The translations under genes and the position numbers were made by a program. Source: a virus. From it: 64,000 nucleotides of DNA. Numbering within the stretch: the stretch's first letter is position 1; each line of letters opens with the position of its first letter. The notes under the pieces are model-generated. The model made no database searches, was not told where the DNA came from, and worked only from the letters and a program-made list of their open reading frames with translations. The DNA lies in the IMG/VR virus record IMGVR_UViG_3300048694_000674, positions 32,001 to 96,000 of that record; one strand, given 5' to 3'. Positions 18,032 to 27,611 of this stretch are shown piece after piece.

Positions 18032-18712
18032 ATGTCAGCACCAAATACTCCAAATAAAGCAGCAGACGATCAACCAACTCCAGGAAAATTTGGATTAGTT
18101 CAGATTGAATCTGGTCTCACAAATTTAATTGTGCAGTCTCATGATGTTGAAAATGGCATTCATGAATTTCTTGCCAAAATGCATAATGATGGCACTTGGT
18201 CAACACATACCAAGGATGCGAATGGTTCTATTACCGATATAAACCATGGCGCATATAAAAGTTCTTCTCAAGCACAGCATGAAGATGTTATGGCTCATGA
18301 TCAAAAACGTGTCGGAGGTGGATCTGCGGAACATATTGAAAATGGTAAAGATGAACAGGTTGGAAATTCCAAAACATCATCCGTTGATGGACCTACATTA
18401 GAAAATCTATCTGATTCTAAGAAAACACTTAGCTCTGGTGGTGATGGTCATCAGTTTATGAAAGGCGACCAGACGTTTACTGTCGATGAGGGTGGTGTTC
18501 ATTTCGAAGTTGCGAAAGACTTCTCAATTATAAGTAAAGGTAATGCAGTTCAAATTAATACTGATAACGAGTTTTATCTCAATTCAGGTGGCAGAGTTGG
18601 TATTATTGCCGATCTCAGTATTACTTTAACATGTGGTACTTCTCAAATTATCATGGAGCCTAATAAAATCACAATAACGGCTGCTGATATAGAATTCATA
18701 AAGGCGACCTAA
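18032..18712 (+). CDS. gp5 C-terminal beta-helix spike
   Basis: H..G.W motif and repetitive beta-strand C-terminus (ITLTCGTSQIIMEPNKITITA); immediately precedes PAAR. Confidence 0.7.
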   Translation: MSAPNTPNKAADDQPTPGKFGLVQIESGLTNLIVQSHDVENGIHEFLAKMHNDGTWSTHTKDANGSITDINHGAYKSSSQAQHEDVMAHDQKRVGGGSAEHIENGKDEQVGNSKTSSVDGPTLENLSDSKKTLSSGGDGHQFMKGDQTFTVDEGGVHFEVAKDFSIISKGNAVQINTDNEFYLNSGGRVGIIADLSITLTCGTSQIIMEPNKITITAADIEFIKAT

Positions 18713-18716
18713 ATAT

Positions 18717-19004
18717 ATGGCTATCTGTCACAGAAATGGAGATGCAAGAGCTTGTGGTGCTACGACAGTTGTGTCGGGGCAGGATTTTGTTAAAGTAGAT
18801 GGTCAACTTTGGGCGGTAAATGGTGATCCAAATACAGATGGAGATGGTAATCTAATTACTTCTCATAGTTGGTTGAGGATAAACGGTAAGGGTATTATTG
18901 TTAATGGAGACAGTGCAAATCCAGATGATATTTGTTTTATAGCTGGTGGTGCACATTGTAATCCTTCTGCTAGTTCTGGTGATGATTTAATTAACGTATC
19001 ATAA
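18717..19004 (+). CDS. PAAR-type spike tip protein (gp5.4)
   Basis: R.GD...CG.......V.V.G.....GD repeats, H/C metal ligands, AHC.P.A..G. Confidence 0.88.
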   Translation: MAICHRNGDARACGATTVVSGQDFVKVDGQLWAVNGDPNTDGDGNLITSHSWLRINGKGIIVNGDSANPDDICFIAGGAHCNPSASSGDDLINVS

Positions 19005-19018
19005 AAAAGAGAAAATAA

Positions 19019-19441
19019 ATGGCATCAAGAGCGGACGCGATAACCCAACTACAAAAGAAAGTCGATACATATTCTGACTTTCCAAATAGCTTTGCAAAGC
19101 ACCCAATCACTAATGAGTTGGTCGTTATAAAGAACGAAGCAAGTCTCCGACAGGCATTTAAAAACCTTATTATGACAAACATCGGCGAGCGTCCATTTAA
19201 TCCTTTCTTTGGCTCTAATATATCAAGAACACTGTTCGAGCCATACGATCCATTCGTTCGCGAAGATATTATTCGCTATGTTACAGATGCTGCCAAATCA
19301 TTCGAATCAAGAATCAATGTGCTTGGTGTTGATGTGAAAGATGTTCCAGACAAAAACGGAATGACAGTTAACATTGTTTTTTCAATAATAAATAATCCAG
19401 AACCTGTAGCTTTTAGCATTTTCCTCAAGAGAGTCAGATAA
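19019..19441 (+). CDS. gp25: Baseplate wedge subunit
   Basis: YSD...F..HP, NL..T..GERPFNP.FGS, E.RI motifs. Confidence 0.95.
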   Translation: MASRADAITQLQKKVDTYSDFPNSFAKHPITNELVVIKNEASLRQAFKNLIMTNIGERPFNPFFGSNISRTLFEPYDPFVREDIIRYVTDAAKSFESRINVLGVDVKDVPDKNGMTVNIVFSIINNPEPVAFSIFLKRVR

Positions 19442-21247
19442 ATGGCGAATACATCTGTAACCTTAACCTCACTAGATTTTGATACTCTTAAGCAGAGCTT
19501 TCAAAACTATCTGACAAGTCAATCAGCATTCAAGGATTACAACTTTACTGGCTCTAACATGAACGTCCTTCTGGATGTTATGTCATACAACTCATATCTC
19601 AATGCGTTCTATTTAAATATGGTTGCGTCAGAAATGTTTCTTGACTCAGCTCAGAAGTATGATTCTATTGTATCGCATGCTAAAGAATTAAACTACGTTC
19701 CTCGTTCTAATCAATCAGCTGTTGCTAACGTTAGTTTTACATTTACTTCGCTCGCAGGACCACCAACATTTACTGTACCAAAGGGCGCTCAGTTTAGTGG
19801 TCAGAATTCTAACGGATCGTTTCTATTTACGACCAACATTGCGCAGAACTATAACTCGCTATCTTCTACATTCTCGGTAAACAATCTAAGAATCTATGAA
19901 GGGTTCTATATCGATGACGTATTTGTTATGGATTATACGATCGATTCACAGAAGTTTATTCTTAGCAATCCGAAAATTGATACTGATAGTTTGACCGTCA
20001 CTGTTATTGAAAGTGGCGCTAATACTATATTTACTCGTGTTGATACACTGTATAATCTTTCAAATACATCGAATGTTTATTTCCTGCAAGGCGCACAAAA
20101 CAATCAGTATGAAATTGTATTCGGCGACGGTATTCTTGGTCGTGTTCCAGATAATCTTGCTACGATTGTTGCTAATTATCGTGTTACCAATGGTTCAGAT
20201 GCGCAGGGGGTTTCATCATTCCAGTTAGTACAAAACCTGAATGGCACACCTTCTAATATTACAACAATATCAGCATCAACTGGTGGCGCGAATGCTGAGT
20301 CAGTTGAATCAGTACGAAAGTCTGCCCCAAGATATTTCGCAACACAGCAAAGAGCTGTTGCTTCTGATGATTACTCTTCGCTTGTATTAGCTAAGTTCGG
20401 CGGTCAGATCGCAGACGTTAGCGTATACGGCGGAGAAACAGCAGAACCAAAACAATATGGTCGTGTTATCGTAACATTGAAGCCAGCTGGTGGAACAATC
20501 GCTGCAGACTATGTAAAGAACTCAGTATCTAATTATTTGTCAAGTTATATTTCATTACCTACACGTGTTATTATTGCTGATCCAGAATACATATATGTTG
20601 GTGTTAACTCAGTTGTACAATACAACGTTACTGCAACAACCAAGACATCTTCTGAAATTGTTCTAGCAATTCGTAATAACATTTCTGCATTTAGCACTGC
20701 TACTCTTGAGCAATTCAATAGCGATTTCCGTTATAGTAAGTTCACAGCTGCTATCGATAATAGCAACGAAAGTATCACAAGTAATGATACAGATATTACA
20801 CTTATCAAGAGAATAGCTCCTCTTCTCAATTATTCTACATCATTCACATTGTACTTTAATAACCCAGCAAGTCAAGAATCCACAGGTTCATATAGTTATA
20901 CGCCAACAACAAAGTTCTACGATGAGCCTGTAATAACTTCATCAGCATTTACATATGTTGATTCGAATGATAAAAAATGGCCACTCAGTTATATTAGAGA
21001 CGATAACTTTGGCAACCTCGTAGTTTACACTACAGTCAATGGCGTATTTACTGTGCTGACTACTTTGGGTACAGTTGATTATGCAACAGGTTATGTGAAT
21101 ATTAAAGACCTAAAAGTTTCTTCATATAGTAATCATATCTCGATTTATATGAAGCCAGAAAACAAAGACATTCTTGCTAACAAAAACAAAATTATTTTGA
21201 TCGATTTGAATGACGTTAATGTATCTGTAATACCCACTCAAAAGTAA
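19442..21247 (+). CDS. gp6: Baseplate wedge subunit
   Basis: LDFD.LK, F.DYNF.GS...LLD...YN, EMFLDSA, FGDG..G, Q.RAV...DY motifs. Confidence 0.96.
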   Translation: MANTSVTLTSLDFDTLKQSFQNYLTSQSAFKDYNFTGSNMNVLLDVMSYNSYLNAFYLNMVASEMFLDSAQKYDSIVSHAKELNYVPRSNQSAVANVSFTFTSLAGPPTFTVPKGAQFSGQNSNGSFLFTTNIAQNYNSLSSTFSVNNLRIYEGFYIDDVFVMDYTIDSQKFILSNPKIDTDSLTVTVIESGANTIFTRVDTLYNLSNTSNVYFLQGAQNNQYEIVFGDGILGRVPDNLATIVANYRVTNGSDAQGVSSFQLVQNLNGTPSNITTISASTGGANAESVESVRKSAPRYFATQQRAVASDDYSSLVLAKFGGQIADVSVYGGETAEPKQYGRVIVTLKPAGGTIAADYVKNSVSNYLSSYISLPTRVIIADPEYIYVGVNSVVQYNVTATTKTSSEIVLAIRNNISAFSTATLEQFNSDFRYSKFTAAIDNSNESITSNDTDITLIKRIAPLLNYSTSFTLYFNNPASQESTGSYSYTPTTKFYDEPVITSSAFTYVDSNDKKWPLSYIRDDNFGNLVVYTTVNGVFTVLTTLGTVDYATGYVNIKDLKVSSYSNHISIYMKPENKDILANKNKIILIDLNDVNVSVIPTQK

Positions 21248-21252
21248 AATAA

Positions 21253-23469
21253 ATGCAATTTAATATTGAAAAGAAAATATCAAATTTTGTCGAAAGCCAG
21301 TTTCCACAGTTCTATTTGGAAGATGGCCAAACATTTGTATTATTCGTCAAGGCATATTATGAGTGGCTAGAATCAGAAGGTCAGGCTGTTAATCAATCTC
21401 GTTCTCTTTTTGATCTTAGAGATATTGATAATACTCTCGATAGCTTTCTAGAACACTTTCAGAAGAAATATCTTTATGGTGTTCCTTTCAACGTTATCAT
21501 CAATAAAAGATTTTTGCTGAAACACATTCTTGACGTTTATCGTTCAAAAGGTTCTATTCAGTGTTATAAGCTGTTGTTCAAGCTTATCTACAATCAGGAC
21601 GTTGAAGTATACTTACCTGGTTATGATCTACTCAAGCCATCAGATGGTACATGGGTATTACCAGAATATCTCGAAGTAACAAACTCACCAGTACTAAAGA
21701 ATTATGTTGGTAAACAGATCGTTGGTATCTCATCGAACACTACAGCTGTTGTTGAGAATTATATTCAACAACCAATTAATGAAAACATATCAGCTTCTCT
21801 TATTATTTCAAACATTCTTCCTCGTGGTGGTGCATTTAACGTTGGCGAAGAAGTAATATTATCTACTGATACTGGTAATGCGAATATCGTCTTTACTGCA
21901 CCAAGAGTCGTTGGATCATTAGATAGCTTGAAGATCATTAATGGTGGTCAAAACTTTGCTGTTGGCGACATCATTAAGCTTGTTCATAGAGACCTAACAA
22001 ATAACGCAGTTGTTTCATATGGCGTAGATGGACTACTACGTGTAACAGGATTACAAAGACAACTTGGAGCTGTCAACTTCAATATCATCGATGGTGGTTT
22101 TGGATATGACGAAAATAACAAAGTATTTATTTATCGTGGTGATGGTGACACAACAGGAACAGGCGCTTCTTTTCAGATAGGCAGTCTTTCATATAATCAA
22201 TCACTAAAACATAATACTGATATTATCGCCGACTATGCCAATCTACAATTCAACGTAGCTGCATATAACTTCCCTGCTAATGTAACTGCAAATAGTATTT
22301 CGCTTATACAAAATGCATTGGCGTTCACGAACACAACATATGGTACGCTTGCAACTCTAAACAATGTGTTTACTGGGAATAATTATACACAAACGCCATT
22401 TGTTTTTGTTCGTTCTATTCAGGATTCAAGACTACCACTAGAAGGTAGCATTAGCTATACAACATCCTCTAATACGATAACAGGAACAAGCACTAGCTTT
22501 ACTTCTTATTTCGCAAATGGTGATGTTATTTGTTTACAGGCTGACTCTTCGAATAACTTGACAAGAGAATATCATATTATTAGAAATGTTATTAGTGATA
22601 CGAATATACTTCTTTATGGACATCCTACATATAACTCTGTAGCTAATGCATTTGTAAGAACAGCTCCTGTTGCATTGCCTTCTAATTTTGCTTTATATGA
22701 AGCGCCAATGTTCAGAGCGGATGGGAAAATAAACGGCGAAGATGAAATAATCTATAGCGATCCATCGAGCGGTAACAGTATTATTGCCACAACAACAGCC
22801 TATAATTCTGGTAAAGGATATGTTCAGGACGAAATAGTTCAAGCATATCTTTATTCTGGGTTAGCGCCAATAACGATAAACACTGGTGGATCAATGTACA
22901 TAAACAATGATCCTCTTGTAATTTCTGGTGGTGATTATACAACACCTGCATCTGGTTATGTAACAACTGATTCTTCTGGCGTTATTACTTCTGCGATTTT
23001 AAATTATAGTGGTTCTGGTTATAAGTCAATGCCAACAATATCTGTTAAATCAAGAACAGGTTCTGGCGCTGTATTAGAATCGTCAATCCTGGAATATAAT
23101 ACACAGAGTAAAGTGCTCGGTAAAGTAACAAAAAGAGGCGTTGGTATTGGTCAGGGATACTGGTCAACAACTCGTGGGTTCTTAAATTCTGACAAGTATA
23201 TTCAGGACAGTTATTTTTATCAGGATTTTTCTTATCAAATTAGAGTTGCCTCAACACTCGATAAATATAAGGAGATTCTTTATAACACCTTCCATACAGC
23301 TGGTACAGAATTGTTTGGTCAGTTTTATGATGTTATATTAGACGCTTCTATTGGTAAAATTAATTATGAAATGTCGTCAGCAATAGTTGCAACATTGATT
23401 ACTGTTGATACTAATAACCTTACTGCTGACAACGCTATTTCACCATCTGCGGACTCAGGATTGTTTTAA
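21253..23469 (+). CDS. gp7: Baseplate wedge initiator (gp7-like)
   Basis: F..F.KAYYEWLE, K.I...Y.SKGS, LKPSDG.W, IQDS.FYQDFSY, H.AG..LFG motifs. Confidence 0.8.
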   Translation: MQFNIEKKISNFVESQFPQFYLEDGQTFVLFVKAYYEWLESEGQAVNQSRSLFDLRDIDNTLDSFLEHFQKKYLYGVPFNVIINKRFLLKHILDVYRSKGSIQCYKLLFKLIYNQDVEVYLPGYDLLKPSDGTWVLPEYLEVTNSPVLKNYVGKQIVGISSNTTAVVENYIQQPINENISASLIISNILPRGGAFNVGEEVILSTDTGNANIVFTAPRVVGSLDSLKIINGGQNFAVGDIIKLVHRDLTNNAVVSYGVDGLLRVTGLQRQLGAVNFNIIDGGFGYDENNKVFIYRGDGDTTGTGASFQIGSLSYNQSLKHNTDIIADYANLQFNVAAYNFPANVTANSISLIQNALAFTNTTYGTLATLNNVFTGNNYTQTPFVFVRSIQDSRLPLEGSISYTTSSNTITGTSTSFTSYFANGDVICLQADSSNNLTREYHIIRNVISDTNILLYGHPTYNSVANAFVRTAPVALPSNFALYEAPMFRADGKINGEDEIIYSDPSSGNSIIATTTAYNSGKGYVQDEIVQAYLYSGLAPITINTGGSMYINNDPLVISGGDYTTPASGYVTTDSSGVITSAILNYSGSGYKSMPTISVKSRTGSGAVLESSILEYNTQSKVLGKVTKRGVGIGQGYWSTTRGFLNSDKYIQDSYFYQDFSYQIRVASTLDKYKEILYNTFHTAGTELFGQFYDVILDASIGKINYEMSSAIVATLITVDTNNLTADNAISPSADSGLF

Positions 23470-23484
23470 ATTGGAGAAATTTTC

Positions 23485-25614
23485 TTGTCACAAGTTATAA
23501 TCAATATTGGTAATGCTCCAAACGATGGAACAGGCGACGCTCTTCGCACAGCATTTGATAAGACAAACCAAAATTTTACAGATCTTTATGACACAATTAG
23601 CACAGTTACTAATGGTCTTGTCAATAGTTCGCAACTTTCTGCCAATCTAAGTAATTATCAAACTACTGCTGGTTTATCTGCTAACGTCGCAAAGCTTACT
23701 GCCAATACAACAACATTTGTTGGGTCAGTATCTGCAGCTAACGTTGTGTCTAATGCCCAACTCACTGCCAATCTCACAAATTATGCTCTATTATCAAATG
23801 CCAATTTTACAGCTAATGTTAATGTGACTGGTAGCGCAAATCTTAGCTTAGATCTTAATGTCGGTAGAAACCTGACTGTGGCTGGTAATCTTACAGTTAG
23901 TGGTAATACCTTCATTGTTGGTGCGAACAATCTAATCGTTCAAGACGCTGTTATTTCTCTTCATACAGCAGCCAATCTTGCTCCTCTTGTTTCAAATGAT
24001 GGTAAACTTGTTGGTGTTGCGTTCCATTATTATGATAGTTCAGATAAACAGGGTCTCCTGTCGCTCAATCAATCAAATGCATTCTTAACTTATTATAAAA
24101 CATCATCAGATGCATCTGTTGGTGATCCAGTAGGAAACACATTAGGAACAATTCAAGCTGATACATTCTATGCTGGTAATGGTTCTGTTTATGCAACAGT
24201 AAATTCTACAATTTATTCTGGAACTGCTAATAACGTAACATATGTAGGTAATGTAACTGCTGCTAACGTTGTATCGAATAATCAACTACAAGCTAATCTT
24301 GGTAACTACCAGACGACTGCAGGATTGAATACGAATATTGCTGCCTATCTTCCATTGTATAATGGTATAGTTAATGCAGCTTCTATCAATGTTGGTTCTT
24401 CATTTATTGCCAATAGTACACAAGTATCTCTTTCTAGCACACCACTATCAGCCAATGGTTCTAATGGAACTTCTGGTTATGTGCTGACTTCCAATGGTTC
24501 CACTGGCTCTCCATATTGGCAGTCGATGGGTTCTGTTGGTGTCAATACTTCTGCTCAGTATACTTGGACAAATACTATATTCTATGCCAACAATATACAA
24601 GTGCTTGGTAACAATAGTCTAATCGTTAATGCTGGTGCAAAAATTATTGACTCTGTTGGTTCTCAAGGTACTGCTGGGCAGGTTCTTACATCAAATGGTG
24701 CAGGTAATGTTTATTGGGCAGCTGCGGCTGCTGGTGTAAACTCAGCAGCCCAGTATACTTGGACCAATACTCATACATTCTCAAATACAGTAACCATCAA
24801 TAACAATCTATATGCTAATGTTGTAAATGCTACATCATATAATACTGGTACGATCTATGGCACAACGCTTGGTGGTTTCTTAGCTAATACTACATTTATG
24901 GGTATTGGTAACTCTGCTACTAACGTTGCGATCAACACAACAGCAATTTCGATCGGTGGTGGCGCTGCGACACTGAATAGCACAGTATATACTGGCACAT
25001 CAAATAATGCATCATATCTTGGCGGTAGTTTAAACTTTTCAGCTAACTCTTCTCAGCTTACTTTAAATACAATACCTTTTTCTGCTAATGGTGGAAAGGG
25101 TAGCGCTGGGCAGGTTCTTACATCAAATGGTTCTACTGGTTCACCATATTGGTCAACAATATCGACTAACGTTTCAGCTCAATATGCATGGACCAATACA
25201 CAAACATTTTCTAACACAGTAACATTCAGCGCAAATATTGACCTGAGCGGTAGCACTATTCAAAACTACCAGGAATATGCTAACGGTTATGTCAATACAG
25301 GAACTGCTATTACTGTTTCAGCTAATAGTAATATCGTAAGATATACACTAACAAATAATTGTACAATTACACTGCCTTCTGGGCAGCCTACTGGCACAAA
25401 TGCTATGAAGAGTATTGTTGTTATGTTAAAACAAGATGCGACTGGCGGTCGTACTATGGCATTTGCTGCTCCATCTGGTCAATCAATCAAATATAATAAT
25501 TCTGCAACTCAGCCAGCAGTGGTTAGTGATGCAAATAAAGTTACAATTTATGTTTGTCAGAAATACGACGGCGATACGGCATGGTACATTTCATTATCGT
25601 ACATCGATGCGTAG
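23485..25614 (+). CDS. Baseplate-attached fibre protein with gp9/gp10-type N-terminus
   Basis: INIG..PNDGTGD.LR.AF.K.N.NF..LY N-terminus; GQVLTSNG...YW repeats; TTG start with GGAG RBS. Confidence 0.82.
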   Translation: MSQVIINIGNAPNDGTGDALRTAFDKTNQNFTDLYDTISTVTNGLVNSSQLSANLSNYQTTAGLSANVAKLTANTTTFVGSVSAANVVSNAQLTANLTNYALLSNANFTANVNVTGSANLSLDLNVGRNLTVAGNLTVSGNTFIVGANNLIVQDAVISLHTAANLAPLVSNDGKLVGVAFHYYDSSDKQGLLSLNQSNAFLTYYKTSSDASVGDPVGNTLGTIQADTFYAGNGSVYATVNSTIYSGTANNVTYVGNVTAANVVSNNQLQANLGNYQTTAGLNTNIAAYLPLYNGIVNAASINVGSSFIANSTQVSLSSTPLSANGSNGTSGYVLTSNGSTGSPYWQSMGSVGVNTSAQYTWTNTIFYANNIQVLGNNSLIVNAGAKIIDSVGSQGTAGQVLTSNGAGNVYWAAAAAGVNSAAQYTWTNTHTFSNTVTINNNLYANVVNATSYNTGTIYGTTLGGFLANTTFMGIGNSATNVAINTTAISIGGGAATLNSTVYTGTSNNASYLGGSLNFSANSSQLTLNTIPFSANGGKGSAGQVLTSNGSTGSPYWSTISTNVSAQYAWTNTQTFSNTVTFSANIDLSGSTIQNYQEYANGYVNTGTAITVSANSNIVRYTLTNNCTITLPSGQPTGTNAMKSIVVMLKQDATGGRTMAFAAPSGQSIKYNNSATQPAVVSDANKVTIYVCQKYDGDTAWYISLSYIDA

Positions 25615-25652
25615 CTCTGATAAATATCGATAAAGTATAGCGGAGAAATTAG

Positions 25653-26039
25653 TTGGCACTACAGACTGTTAATATTGGTTCTGCACCTAATGATGGAACT
25701 GGCGATCCGCTGCGTACAGCATTCGATAAGTCGAATCAAAATTTTATTGAGCTTTATTCAAATATGATTGTTGCTAATACAGCAAAATCAGCTAATGGAT
25801 ATGTTTGGCTTTCTAATAATGTATTAATACAATGGGGAACTGTACTAGCTAATACTACAACAGGTAATGCTACATTTTCGGCTGCATTCCCAAATGGATG
25901 TGAATCGGTTACACTTTCTGTTATTGGTTCAGCTAATGTTGCTTACCAATCAACAGCACCGAATACTACTGTTGCGACAATCAGAACTAGCTCGACAACA
26001 ACTGCTATCAGCGTAAATTACATTGCTGTAGGATATTAA
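25653..26039 (+). CDS. Short fibre protein: gp9/10-type N-terminus plus fibre-tip beta domain
   Basis: NIG..PNDGTGDPLR.AF; GY..L..G/N.LIQWG...F..AFP...Y.A.GY tip motif. Confidence 0.8.
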   Translation: MALQTVNIGSAPNDGTGDPLRTAFDKSNQNFIELYSNMIVANTAKSANGYVWLSNNVLIQWGTVLANTTTGNATFSAAFPNGCESVTLSVIGSANVAYQSTAPNTTVATIRTSSTTTAISVNYIAVGY

Positions 26040-26048
26040 GGAACTAAG

Positions 26049-27599
26049 ATGGGCGAATTTTTACCGAGTTATAAAAAGGCAATTATTGACGAGTTGATCA
26101 CGAGTATTGCATCAAATACTTCGCAGTATTACTCGTTCGCTTCGAATCCTGTTCCTTTCATTGGTCCAGTTCCTCCAATTACAAATACAGAATATAGCAC
26201 TACATTTACTAACAACTGGCAAATGATTTTCGGTAAAAGACTTACTAGCTCAGATTTGTCTCCTATGATTATCAATAATCAATGGGCTGCTAATACTGTT
26301 TATGCCATGTACGATAATACCAATTCTCAATATTCAACAACAAATAGTAGCTTTTATGTGATTACTCCTCCCGCAGTTTATGGTGGAGCATATGAAGTTT
26401 ACAAGTGTCTTAATAATGCAAACAACTTGCCATCAACAGTATTACCATCACAGAAATCGCCGCCATCTTCATTTACAACATCTGATGGATATATTTGGAA
26501 GTATATGACTTCAATTCCTGCAGCAACATATGGTAAATTTGCTGTTGACAAATATGCTCCTCTATCGATTAATGCTACCTCTGTTGCAGTTGCATATAAT
26601 TACAGCGGTGTAGATGTTGTTATGATTAATAGCGGCGGTTCAGGCTATATTTCAGTTGCTAATGGTGTTGTTCAGGGCAAATCAAACTCTACATATATTC
26701 AAATTCAAACTGCAAATACTTCTGGTGTTAACGATTTCTATACAAAGAATGCCATTTACTTTGAGAATCCAGGATCATCTACATCCCAGCTAAGAAGAAT
26801 TGTAAAGTATGAGTCTGTTCTTGGTGCTAATTATGTTACTGTCGACACACCTCTTGATCTTACTAAAATTACTGCTGGTGGTACATTATACACTATTTCT
26901 CCTGCTGTTGTCTTTAACACAGATGGGGTTGTTGACCCAAAAGGTTATACAGTAATTAATACTGAAAACTATTCTATCGCCAACGTTGTTATTATTGAAC
27001 CTGGATATGGTGTATCTTGGGCTAATGTATCAATTCAAAGTAATACTAGCTATGGAACTGGTGCTAATGTTTATGCGATTGTGCCACCTCCAGGCGGTCA
27101 TGGTTCTAATCCAACATCAGAATTAAATGTTACTGCTTATGGTATAGCTTTCCATTATGCTAACAGCGAGTTAAGCACAATCCCAACAAATGTTACCTAT
27201 AATAAAATTGGATTGTTAAAGAATCCATTCGAAAGTAATACATCTGGTGGTAAAACATTAACTCCATATTCAGCAACTACATTCAATTGTATTTTTAATG
27301 CTAACGTTTCTCCTGCTCTGACATTTAGTGTTGGTGAAGTTGTTACAGGAGGTACTAGTGGAGCTTTGGGAACTGTAGCATTTTCAAACTCTACAGTTGT
27401 ATATCTGACAGGCGACAAGAACTTTATCGATAGCGAATATATTGTTTCAGCGAACGGAACAGCGACTACACAGATATCGATAAATAGTAGAGGTCAAATA
27501 TACACAAAAGATTTAACTCCACTTTATGTACAAAACATTACTAATGTGACTCGCGACCCACTCAATTCAGAGTCATTTAAATTTATAATTCAGGTATAA
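26049..27599 (+). CDS. gp8: Baseplate wedge subunit
   Basis: W....VY..YD, FYV, VYKCL.N, DGY.WKYM, PPGGHG.N...EL motifs. Confidence 0.9.
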   Translation: MGEFLPSYKKAIIDELITSIASNTSQYYSFASNPVPFIGPVPPITNTEYSTTFTNNWQMIFGKRLTSSDLSPMIINNQWAANTVYAMYDNTNSQYSTTNSSFYVITPPAVYGGAYEVYKCLNNANNLPSTVLPSQKSPPSSFTTSDGYIWKYMTSIPAATYGKFAVDKYAPLSINATSVAVAYNYSGVDVVMINSGGSGYISVANGVVQGKSNSTYIQIQTANTSGVNDFYTKNAIYFENPGSSTSQLRRIVKYESVLGANYVTVDTPLDLTKITAGGTLYTISPAVVFNTDGVVDPKGYTVINTENYSIANVVIIEPGYGVSWANVSIQSNTSYGTGANVYAIVPPPGGHGSNPTSELNVTAYGIAFHYANSELSTIPTNVTYNKIGLLKNPFESNTSGGKTLTPYSATTFNCIFNANVSPALTFSVGEVVTGGTSGALGTVAFSNSTVVYLTGDKNFIDSEYIVSANGTATTQISINSRGQIYTKDLTPLYVQNITNVTRDPLNSESFKFIIQV

Positions 27600-27611
27600 C
27601 AGGAACCAGAA

